A stretch of DNA of 58,046 nt from Octopus bimaculoides. Lineage: Eukaryota. The stretch is taken from the NCBI RefSeq assembly GCF_001194135.2, contig NC_068985.1, positions 36,582,305-36,640,350 of the forward strand, in the 5' to 3' direction. Positions within the stretch are counted from its first letter, which is position 1, and every line of letters begins with the position of its first letter. This document shows positions 24,201 through 36,600 of this stretch, in pieces. The notes beneath the pieces are model-generated. The model ran no database searches. It saw only the letters and a program-made list of their open reading frames with translations, and had not been told where the DNA came from. The translations under genes and the position numbers were made by a program.

Positions 24201-27200
24201 AAATCAGAACTTAAATAGCATATGTACTAGTGCTTAGTTTAACAGTAATTAAATGGTATAAATATTAAAGAAGTTTTAGTGAAGCTGTTAGTAGAAGTCA
24301 CCAGCATCAAAGATTAGTCAAGATCAAAAACAAAATACAATAGTATTTTTTTTTGGATTAATTTTGAAAACAAACTTAAATTTATTAGTAATTATTGTTT
24401 GTGGCAGCAACATCAAAGCTTAATATTGCAACAGAAAAACAAGGTTACCTTTTCCATTTCTACATAAACCTCTTCAAAGAATTCATCATAGTGCTGTTGG
24501 ATCTCAAGCTCTCCCATTTGGACTAAACGAAAACAGAGCACCAGCAGATATAGAATAGTGGGATAACAATTATAATACCTATAACCAACAGGCTAGGAGG
24601 AGCACTACACTAGGAATTAGAGTACAAAATAACTATTTTAACAGCTTCAAGTCAACAAACTGAAAAATAATGTATGAAGGAAACAAAAGCTGTAAAATGA
24701 AGTGCATTAGTTTGGGCTGAAAAATGTATGCTAGATGAGTGGAAATGGTATTTTGAATTGTTTAAGTATTTTTATTACAAAAATAATGTGAAACAAGTGC
24801 TTTATTGTAATCTTTAGAAAAATTACAATAAGAAATATCATTTCCACTCAAACTGATCAAATAATCCAACGTTTATCTGCAAATGAAAATAAAAATTAGT
24901 TATTTGAAAAATATTTTTACCAGAGAATGGTGAAAATGACGTACTGGCTGTAAAAGTTGTAAAGCATGATTTGAAAGGTTATTAATTAGAAAACAGAAGA
25001 AAAAAAAAAAAAATCTTTATATCAGCCAAAAGTACTTAACCACCAGCATTCTCTGGTAATAGAAATCCCAAAATTTACAACATGGAAACAATAAGGAAAG
25101 GAAGGAAANNNNNNNNNNGGAAACAATAAGGAAAGGAAGGAAATGAATGATACATATTTCATTTAAATATTTTTGCAAAGAATATCTTGTTTCCATGATA
25201 CAAATTCTGGACTGAAATATTTAGAGCAAGAACAATGAGGAAAAAAAAAAAAAAAAATTGCAAAATAATTGTTTGTTTGTCCTGTGCTAGCGCTGAAAGG
25301 AAAGCAAGAAAGGAGGGTTACCTTGTCCTCTATTTCACAAAATACCTCCTCGAAAAAATCATCAAAATCCTGTTGCGCTTCAACATCGTCCATTGTCACT
25401 GAAAAGAAGTAACAAACATGAAGATATTCCTTCATGGCACAACAGGGAAGGAATGTCATAGTGGCAGTTAAAATTTAGATAGAATAATGGGACAAGAAGC
25501 TTGTAGTTGATTTATAGTGACTAAAGTAACAGGAGGATAACTTGGGACTTGTGAAGATTTCCCCTCGTTTATACAATCCTTGCAGCGTCATGTTAGTGCA
25601 CAGAATTTAATTAATAACTCAAGATCCAAGCAGCGTTAAGGAATTACAGATTATTAAATTTATCGAGATCCACTGTGCAGCATTAATGGAATATGTATAA
25701 TATGTATTTATACAGAATGGAAATAGGAAGGTATTTATCACAACATCTTAAAGTCCAGTTAAAATACTAATTCAACTTAGATTCCTCTGCAGTGCTCAAG
25801 AAGAGAGGTTCATTAGGTATGTCGAGTAATAACAAAACAAAAATAGTGAACCACTAAAAGATTTTTTCTAGACTTTATACCTTAGCTTAACATGCATTTC
25901 AACTATATACATTGCCAAACACATTTTGAGGTTTTAAACAGGTAGAAATGTTTAGTATAATTCTTTTAAAAAATCCACACTATTTGCATGATAAAAAAAA
26001 AAAAGGAATAAAATGAAAACTAAGAATAAAAAAAAAAACCGATTGATGAGGTGAAGATATATTCATGAATATTGAAGTGATTTTTCTCAAAAGAGAATGA
26101 AAATCAGTTTTCAATTTCGTATTGTCACAACGACAAAACTTGTCAAAGTAAATGAAGATTAGAAATAGTAATATATATATATATTTAAATGGTTGCATTT
26201 AAGAGGGGTCAAATTAGTCATAGATATTATAATATATAAAAAACAAGAGTTTGCTTTTGAATCAGTTCTGATCAAGGTTACCTTAATATTTTTGTACTAA
26301 TTATTTTAATATTCCATTGACGAGAACAAGCTGCTAAAATAAGTGCTACTGGCTGCAAGATATTTTTCTTGTTGCCCCAGAGCTAACTTGAATGAATGTG
26401 TTCAAGGATTACAATAGTGAAGAAATCTTAAGTTAAGGAGACAGCTAAGCTAAGTTGATAAAATACCAGAAGAAAAGCTGCTTTAGGGAGCAGTGAACAT
26501 TTACCTTGCTGTCAATCACTGAGCAAGTTAAGCATACAAAGAAAAATGACAAATTGATGATTTTTTAATACAAAAAATGAAAACATTGTATTATGGACAA
26601 TTGTACTATTTTAAAAAATAAATAAATAAATAAAGGAAAGCATAAAAATCAACAAAATACAAGAAGCAAATAATATAAGGATTATATGTAATATGATTTC
26701 ATAACAGCATGGCAATCTTAAGATTTGGCTGTCTAAGAAAGAAAATGGTCAAAACCATTTTATAGATTATAGTTATATGTTTAAAATAATTTTCAATTGA
26801 GTTAGGAAGGAGTGTGTGTGCACGTAAGTATGTGTTTTAGAAACTTCAATTTGATTAGAAATTAGTTGCTGGTACTCCTTCCAAAGGATCACATTGTAAC
26901 TTAAATAATGATATTGCAACAAATCTGGTATTGGTGGTCTTCAAGTAATGAATTCAATGATTCTGAATATAAAATTACAAATCAAATGAAATGATTGCCA
27001 GGCTTTTATGAACACTGCTAAAGCAATAAAAAGAATAAGGCTAATGATAAAGAACACCATGTGGACAAATACAACAATGAAGAATAACAAATAGAAAGTG
27101 ACAGATCCAAAGACATGGAGACAAAGAAGCTGTGTGAAAGTGTTGAAATGGTCACAACAACTAGTAAAACACAAAGACACAGCTTCAAAATTTAGAAGCC

Positions 27201-28465
27201 ATTAATGTACACAAACATGTGGAAAGATAAATGGATAGATCATCTAACAATTTGAAATAAACAGAAGAAAACACAAAATACAATTTAAACAAATTAAAAT
27301 CACAACAATAAAAGTGACAACTCAATATATAATTATTTTGGCTCAGAGAAATTATTATGTAGTTTATTTTTAACAATTGGATAACTTAGATTTCAATATT
27401 CTGTCAACTGGAATAATCAAATTGGTTAATAAAATACCAAACAAGTTGATATATTGTTTTGTCACTGTGAAAAACATTCGAAAGGGTTAGTATACTGTGC
27501 TTAAATGAGATATATACAGAAAACTTTTGAAACAAAAATTTTAAATAACAATTTAATAAGTAGCATGATTTCTTAAATAAGCTGAATTAAAAGTATTAAT
27601 ATACTCTACAAGTAGTTTTTCTTTTAATGTGATAGGTTAATGATTTTCAAATTTTTGCATATAATATTGTTTTTAACAAGTGAATATCATTAGAAATAAA
27701 GAATCAATATTGTATAATTGATCTACATAACATAGCGAGAATAAAGTATTTAATACTGATTTTTTATACTGACACAGGGCCACAAGTTAGTAAGAGAGAG
27801 ACATGGGTCATTTAATTTATAGGATTTGAACTTAGAATATAGAAACAATAAACATATTTTGTTTTGGTACTTCAGAATTTCTATCACTCTCCTTCCTAAT
27901 AATAATTTGAAAGGGAATGAGGCAGGAAGTGGCCCAGCAATGCTAATGAAGATGCTCACCAGTACACAAAGGACAGTTTTATGAGCATGGTATGGTAACA
28001 ATTCATCATTTAAGCAGGTAGTGAAATCTGTTAAAAAATTTATTTTAAAAACTGCAGACATAAGATTTAGTAAGACTACAGTCAGTGGAGAGCACACAGC
28101 ATCATGATTAACAGTCAACTTAAGTGGTAGGTGTTACAAATGTAGTTAGACCTACTTTCTTCTATCACCGGAACTATGCATGTATATGGCTATCTAGCTG
28201 CACTTTAAGATAAATCAAATTCTTGAATATCATTCATAACATTCCAGCAATTCAAAGACGATATATATATATATATTCATTTGCAATTATGATTTCTTAT
28301 AATTCAACAACTCCTTTATTCATATGACCAATTTATACCTAATTCTTAGTCTTGCATTTTGTTTTTAAGATTATGATGTTTAAATAAAAAAGAAAACAGA
28401 CTATATTCATATTTCTTTGTCATTATGTAAAACCTTGAGCACTTCTCATTTATCACAGTATAAAC

Positions 28466-28515
<50 letters not shown>

Positions 28516-30625
28516 TATATATAACCCCACACAAAATTCTCTCTTAAATACAAACACAGCATGCAAGAAGACAATATTGCAAACAAAAATAGAAACCAAT
28601 GAAAAATCCCCCAAAAGTTNNNNNNNNNNNNNNNNNNNNNNNNNNNNNNNNNNNNNNNNNNNNNNNNNNNNNNNNNNNNNNNNNNNNNNNNNNNNNNNNN
28701 NNNNNNNNNNNNNNNNNNNNNNNNNNNNNNNNNNNNNNNNNNNNNNNNNNNNNNNNNNNNNNNNNNNNNNNNNNNNNNNNNNNNNNNNNNNNNNNNNNNN
28801 NNNNNNNNNNNNNNNNNNNNNNNNNNNNNNNNNNNNNNNNNNNNNNNNNNNNNNNNNNNNNNNNNNNNNNNNNNNNNNNNNNNNNNNNNNNNNNNNNNNN
28901 NNNNNNNNNNNNNNNNNNNNNNNNNNNNNNNNNNNNNNNNNNNNNNNNNNNNNNNNNNNNNNNNNNNNNNNNNNNNNNNNNNNNNNNNNNNNNNNNNNNN
29001 NNNNNNNNNNNNNNNNNNNNNNNNNNNNNNNNNNNNNNNNNNNNNNNNNNNNNNNNNNNNNNNNNNNNNNNNNNNNNNNNNNNNNNNNNNNNNNNNNNNN
29101 NNNNNNNNNNNNNNNNNNNNNNNNNNNNNNNNNNNNNNNNNNNNNNNNNNNNNNNNNNNNNNNNNNNNNNNNNNNNNNNNNNNNNNNNNNNNNNNNNNNN
29201 NCTTCTAAAAATGATTTTTCTAGTTAATTTCTTTCAAAATGACATAACACTAAGCAACCGCTAAAAGTTATGGAATAAAAAAAAAAAATCAATTAAAAAA
29301 ATGTCAACTAAACAAAAATTTGCTATACAAATTCTTGCTAGATGAACTAAAGTATAAAATTTTCATATACACATCCACTAATATCAAATTAATTTGACCC
29401 AAATTGTACTGTTTACATTTAAAGAGGTTTTTAGATCTTTCAATATTTCAATCATAAACAGTCTATAAATAATCGAAATATCTGCTTAGCTTCCAACACT
29501 GGAATTTTATAGTTTGATATTACATGTGTTCTATGATTTAAGACAGAACATACTTCAATTATAGGTACCCCTTTGTCTCAATATGTCATGCAAACAGCAC
29601 AAATTGGTCTGGCTGGCAGAGAGATAGTGGATCACCTAATTATTGGAATAATCAAGAGTAGATAAATACAACCAGCACAAAATGTCTTGTCAAAAGACAC
29701 ATTTTCAGTAAAAGTTTAATTTACATTCCCTGAGTGTACTAATGTATTAATTTATGTATTATTGACTAAATGTCCAAAACACTGTAAAACGAGTGAAGTG
29801 ATTTGGACATTGAGTCCCTCGTCTTTCCTGGACACTCTCCCTTAATGTGGTATTTTGACCCTTTTTTAAAAGATGGAGTTAAAAAATCATGTTAGTTCAT
29901 AAGTGAGTGCACCAGCCATTTGAAACATTAAATGTCCCGGTTCTTTAGTGATTTGCAGAGTGCATGGGCCAAAAGTTGCACATGTAACATAGGGGCCATT
30001 GAAACAAAGTTCTAAAATCCATCCCCCTAGCTTGGTTTCCATTTTGGCATACTGTGAATAAAGCCCCGTTTGTTTCCTTCTTTTTCATAAACTGTGATAA
30101 GGAACTTTTCAGCTTGTCTTCTTTTTGATCTCCAGTTGCTCACCATTTCTATTACTGTCACACCAAACTCATTTGGCTGCACTTTCTTTTCGTATACTTG
30201 ATTACTTTCAGTGTGAATTTCGCATAGTTCTGCTTTCTCTTCTGTGACATGATGTTTGGAATATATTTACAGTTTTATAAACTGATGAGCAGGAATGATT
30301 TTATTTTTATTGACTAACAAAGAACGCTAACTTAAAATGTGTAAAAACTAATTACACAATCTTTTTATTGTATTTTAATTGCCATATTTAATATTAAATT
30401 AACCTATCAGCCAATTAGAACACACCTAAGTTTCACCACACATCCACTTATTGATGCATTGTTATGTCAGCCAATTAACATCAAGGGGATGGGGGGTCTG
30501 AAGCCATATTGTTAGTATGTCCAGTTTGCATTACTCACTAACATCAAACGTTAATCCAAAAAGAGGCAGAGTTTGCTCAATTTAATCAGATAATGAAATA
30601 CAGGAGATTGCAAACTGGAGAGAAA

Positions 30626-30676
<51 letters not shown>

Positions 30677-33600
30677 AAAGAAAAAAAAAGAAACTCATTA
30701 AAACATTTATGTATTCTTTTTAATGTTTATCCGATTTGTCTTGTAATGGATCATAGACTGCCACTTACCTGTTTCTAATTCCGGTCCAAAATTGAATGTT
30801 TAAATGCAGTCGATCAAAAACAAACAAAAATGCCTATTAATTCATTTTATTTCATATTTTCCGCAATAAAATTTTAAAAAATACTAATGTAAGAAAATAT
30901 TAATGTTGGGTATCAATTGAGAGTACATTTCACTAATTAAACAGCTATGATGAGCACTGTCATTTCACCAAGTGACAGTGAATTTAAAGCTCAAATGGCT
31001 GGTGCACTGCTTTATGAACCGACATAATTTTTAAAAAATCCCTTAAAAGATATATCTGATTACTAGGTCTTGTGTATATGACAGCCCCAGTTGATTTTTA
31101 ACCCTCAACCTGATGGAAAAATCAAATGGTAAGGGTTGATGTACTGAATGGAGTACGTAAAATTTTCCTTATAGAAATTTGACTTTTAGTTGGGAAAGAA
31201 AACAAAAACCTAGCAGTAATTGTTAACAACTCTTAAGAAAAGGTAAGATAATTGCAAGAAATAAAAAATAAAAAAAAATAATAATAATAAAAAAAACATG
31301 CTTACAGGAAAATTTTTGTATGTCAAAAGGAATAAGTCAGTAATTTGAAATGTAAAGTATACCTATTTTGGATAAACATACAATTTTAAAATCACTGTAA
31401 AGTGTAAACAGTGGTTTACACCAAAGGCTCTTGTCACCGTGGAAAGAAAACGCAGGATTATCTAACTAGTTTCTAGTCTTCTTAACCTTAATCAGAGAAA
31501 GTATCCATCTGTCCACAAAGCGGATTAGGAGCTTAGAGCTATTTACAGTGTATGGAAAATAGGGATTCAATTAAACTGGTCCTGCTCATTTGCATAACAG
31601 TTCATGACCCGATATGCTTAATATATGATACAGCATTTTAGATAATTTTGTAATGTATGCCATTTTGTTTTGATAACCATAATAGTAAAATAATAACCCT
31701 GTTGTCAGCATATGCTTTATTAACGCAAGTTAAACAAACCAGTCGAACTGACTTCTAGTTTCTATACACTAAAGTTATAAGCAATCACTCTTTACGTGAA
31801 AAGATGAGTATATTTTCTGTTTATGGTCTAAGACTCAAAACTAACCAGATCAATCCCACTTTTTGTCTACAGAAAGATTAAAACCAAATGCAACCACTAT
31901 TTTTTACAGTAATGCTAAAATTGTATGTTTATCAGAAAGAGGTTTGCCATATATTTCAAATTATCCAAAATACTATGCAGTGCATTATTAAATAGTTCAC
32001 CTAGTGGTTTGTCATTAGAAAGTGTCCAATTCTAAACTATTTAAAAACCTCTTAAAGTTCTTGTTTACATTCAACACAACAAACTAGGAAGGGACCTAAC
32101 TTGACATAAAGTAAAAGATCACACATTTCCTATTCCTTTAAAACAAAACTTCCTAAACTGCTAATCTGCCAAAACTTAGAAATAAAGGCCTTTTTAAACT
32201 TCTAAAATTTCTGTAACATCAGTTAAAAGTAATATTTTTTAAATGTTTTAAAAATGATTCTAAACTTTATTTCTAATTAAGGATTTTTATCAAATATACT
32301 ATGAAGAATAATGTAATTTCCAAAAGAAAATAATTTTGAATATTATTTAAAACACTTTATTCAAATTTTCATCGTTCTGCAATATTTTGATAATTTTTAG
32401 ATTTACAAAAATAAAATAATGCATTTGCCATATTACTTAAGCTGCATTTTAACGAAAATAAGTTAAATTGTAGTCATAAATAGAAAAAAAAAAAATACAA
32501 ATCAAATATTTCAAAAAAATAATTTGATAGTTTCAGTTTAAGACAGAAAGAAACCTAATTTTACACACTATTATTATTATATACCTATCATTAGGTCTAC
32601 TAAGCCCCTGTAAAATGATAGTATTTACACTAACTGTGCTTATCAGATTAAAGAAAAAAAAAAAAAGGGCTATTTACTAATTGGCACAAACTTCCATAGG
32701 CTTCCAGGATAGGATGATGAATGACTTACCAGGAACTGCAAACAAAAAAAAAATCACTATATGAGGGGGCTCGCAATTTTGATTTCTTACACAGAAATGA
32801 TACAATATTAAAATAACATCCATATATACATTATTCAATATATAAATTTTATATAACAGAGTTGAAGGAATACTCTGAACTGAAATTATTTTAAAACTGT
32901 ATATGGAAATATTTTATCATTAAAGAAACTTGTAGTGTTGCTATCATAAAATGTAACAAAAGGTTTATCACCAATACTTACTATGAGAGCCATCAGCTGT
33001 AAGAGCAGCATTTTGGGGATTTAGGTACAGATTCTGTAGCAGTACTGTCTATATGAAGAAAGAAAAAAAAACAATTGTTATGAAGATGCTTATAACTAAT
33101 TTTTCATTCATAAAACAAATCAACAACACTCATGCTTTAAATTCCTCTTGTACTGCTTTCACTATCACTACATTGAAAATATTCAGCCAGAAAGCAGAGT
33201 AGCTACGAGGTAAAAGTAGTGAACAATACTGGCTGCTTGATCATGAACTTAAATACTCTGCCAATTAAAATGTAATGGCTCTAGTAAAGGCATATAGCCA
33301 TTTGCTAAATATTCATGGTTGATAAATAGCACATCAACTTCATGATAAAATACAAGTAGAATCCAACAAAAATACTTGCTTCATTATGACTTGTGACATA
33401 CAAAGCCACAATGTAAAGTGGGGAGGTAAGACAAGCAGGCAAATATAAGTAAAAGCAAAATATCCGAAACAATCTATAGATGCAGCCGTAGCAGTGTGGT
33501 TAAGAAGTGCAACCACATGGGTTCAGGTAGGTCTCATTGCTTGGCACATTGAGCAAGTGTCTTCTACTCTAGCCATTGTCCAACCAATATCTTGAATATG

Positions 33601-36600
33601 GTAGATGGAAGACTGTATGGAAGCCCATATAAATGTCTATCTTTTGTGTTTGTCCCTCTGACTGCTTGACAACCAGTTACAACCCCATTGGCAAAAGAAG
33701 CAGATAGAGTTAGGAAAGAAAAGAAAAATTTAAAAAAAAAGAAGTACTAGTGTCTATTTGTTTGACTAAACTCTTTGAGGCAGCATCCTTGCATGGCCAG
33801 TTCAATAATGACTAAAACCAGTAAAAGATGAAAGATAACCTAACAATAAAGAACATTGCAAACCTAAGTTTTAAAAGCATTCAAATGTTTAATATTTATT
33901 TCTTCTATAAACATAAAGTTAATAATTGAAAAGGGATTATATATTCAGACAAAATGATGCCAGAGTATTTCAGGTGCTTATTTTAACCTTCAGATCCAGA
34001 ACAAAGAGAAACAGCATTAAATGCTGTAAGTTATCTAATTTGATACCACACTGTTTCTGCCAAATTGCAGTCAGTATATTTTAAACATTACCATATGAAA
34101 TCAGTTTATGATTAATTATTCATGTTTTAATGTCTGTTAATTAGAACCATGTGGAGAGCCAACCATAATAATTGTGGTAATATATTGCAGAATAAAGGCG
34201 GCAAGCTGGTAGAAACGTTAGCATGTCGGGCCATCTTTATGTTCTGAGTTCAAATTCCACCGAGGTCAACATTGCTTTTCATCCTTTCGAGGTTGATAAA
34301 CGAAGTACCAGTTGCATACTAGAGTCATCTAATCACCCCCACCTCACCCCGAAAAAAAAAAAAAAGAAATTCAGGCCTTGCATCTAGAGCAGAGAAGAAT
34401 CTATTGCAGAATAGCCTAAAGTAACTGTCAGGTGGAACAAAGAATTTACAGTGTCACTCACAGTTAATCACAACATAAGGTTCACACACAGACACCAACA
34501 AAATTTACAGAAAATTGAATAAGCTAAATAAAATAAAAAGACATAGGTGTGACTGTGTGGTAAAAGTTTGCTTCCCAAGCACATGGTTCTAAGTTCAGTC
34601 CCACTGCATGACAAAAAGGGCAAGTGTCTTCTTTGATAGCCTTGGGTCAACAAAGACTTTGAGTGACTGAAAGACAACCAAATATATGTGAGTGTTTACG
34701 TCCCCGTAATTTAGCAGTTCAGCAAAAGAGACTGGATAGGATAAGCATTAGGCTTAACCTTTTCGATACTGACCCGGCCGTAGCTGGCTGAAAAATTTTT
34801 TGGTTCATAAGACCAACCCAGCCGTAGCAAGCCGAGAGTACCCATTGTTATTGAAATGTGAATTTAAGCACAAATCTTCTTAGTACATTTGTGAAAATGT
34901 GTGATTTCACTTTGTAAATAGTTGAGTTATAGTATCCATTTGAAAATGGATAGGAGTTACATGCTATCAAGCAGTGATTCCAAATTTAAGGGTTTTTCAA
35001 CGGAAAATATGGAGATATCGAGAAAAAGAATGAATGAGGTACAAAAGCACATGGTGTACGAGAATGAATAGGATATTTTTGTATCCGAAACCAAAAGCAG
35101 CAATAGTGACATCAAAGACGATTTTACATTGGAATAAAGTACAAACTTTAAAAATGTTTTTATTAGCAATTTTTCTGAGATGGGGTCTATCCATAGTCTT
35201 TCTTAGGAAGCAAAACCGTTAGACTTTTTGAAGAGATCACTGCGGAAACAAACAGTATTTGCCAGAAAAGCCCATGAAATGGGGGAATCTAAGTTTGGAA
35301 AATTTGTGAAGCAAATACTGGGTACTGCTGTGGATTTAGTTTTTATACAGGGAAAATAATGTTAGTCAGCTTGGGTACAATGTGGTCTGGAATTTATCAC
35401 TTCCATACCATAACCAGGGCTGTATATTATTTTTTGACTGATTTTTTTTTAGTTCGATGAAACTTGCAGTGGATTTCAGTATTTCAGTTTATTTCACCTT
35501 TATGGGTCACCTGTTCTGTTGTGCATTAAATTTCAACTGATAATCTAGTGATGTGCACAATTCTTCTGTATCAAAATTTAGTTGCATACCCAATTGAATA
35601 TTAGCTGAGGATTCATTTTCAATGGTGATGTTTAAACAAAATTTTAATAATTTTACCTTGTGCTCAGTTTATCTGGATTTACCTGTAATTAGAGTCACTT
35701 TGAGATAAAAGTTATGCAATAGAATTGATTAAGTACCCATTCTTTAATTATGTTCCAAATATCACATATGTTGATAAGTAAAAAAAGTTTCAGTTGCTTA
35801 ATGAAACTAGTCTAAATTCATGATGATTTTAGAATTTAATTGAAACTCATGAGGGGTGTATTTTGGTCAGAAATATAGTAACGAAAGGGTTAAGAAAAAA
35901 AAACTGGGGTTGATTCATTCAACTGACAATGTTTCAAAATGATGTTCATATTGAAATAGTGCAACAGCTTGAGTAGGTTGAAAAAAAATGAGAAAATAGC
36001 AAAATTTACATACCTGACTGAAAGTGGGTTTGTTGTGCAGGCGAGAACATCTTTCTCCATGTCTACAAGCTCCAATTTTGAAGTAAAAGGAACAATTAAC
36101 CCTTGAAAGGAAATTAAACACAAGTAAATTCACTGAAAACGAAATCATATGCCAAATAAAGGAAAGTAAAACAGCTTTCAAATTAGCATAAAAAATAATG
36201 ATTACCACTGAAATTTCTTTTGTGAACATTAAAATCATTCACTACCATTAACATATCTTTACTAAAATTGTATACATGTTAGCACTATGAAAAACAAAAC
36301 AGTTTCATAGCATGATTAAGAAATCATACAATATAGGAACTGCACTCGGCCACAAGAAAATGGTATGTCATTTGGAGTACAACAATGTTATTAAGTGGAG
36401 TCATGGTTTCAGAATAAAGCCATTAAGATTTTATACCAGTGTAATAAGAATGGCTAAAAAGAATGTCAGCTTTTATTTCATGAATGCAAAAAGGGAAAAA
36501 CAATCCTTAATTATAAAACAGTAGCCAATAAGATGGATTGTACATGGAATTCAAAAAGGTATAGCCTTTTCACATAGTTTCATGTAAATTCAACTTGGGA

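Noticed and set aside
25081-25142. Direct repeats flanking 10-N gaps (also 53210..53280 and 11560..11630)
   Set aside because: Typical unmerged contig-overlap artefacts rather than biological duplications.
25905-25918. 14-nt identity to U2AF1 exon 5 (ATATACATTGCCAA) in intron 3
   Set aside because: No acceptor or extended homology; compatible with chance in AT-rich DNA.
26270-26352. Third AAG|GTAACCTTG donor, like that of exon 4b
   Set aside because: The upstream sequence has no similarity to helix A and only weak acceptors; not supportable as a third duplicate exon.
32585-32607. Possible 23-nt stop-containing exon (cattttacag|GGGCTTAG...ATAG|gtatat)
   Set aside because: Weak donor and short pyrimidine tract; within chance expectation.
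33049-36013. Search for a vertebrate-style duplicate of U2AF1 exon 3 (3a/3b)
   Set aside because: No second NPQN-type 67-nt exon was seen in intron 2 or intron 3; one could only hide in the N-gap 28620..29201.
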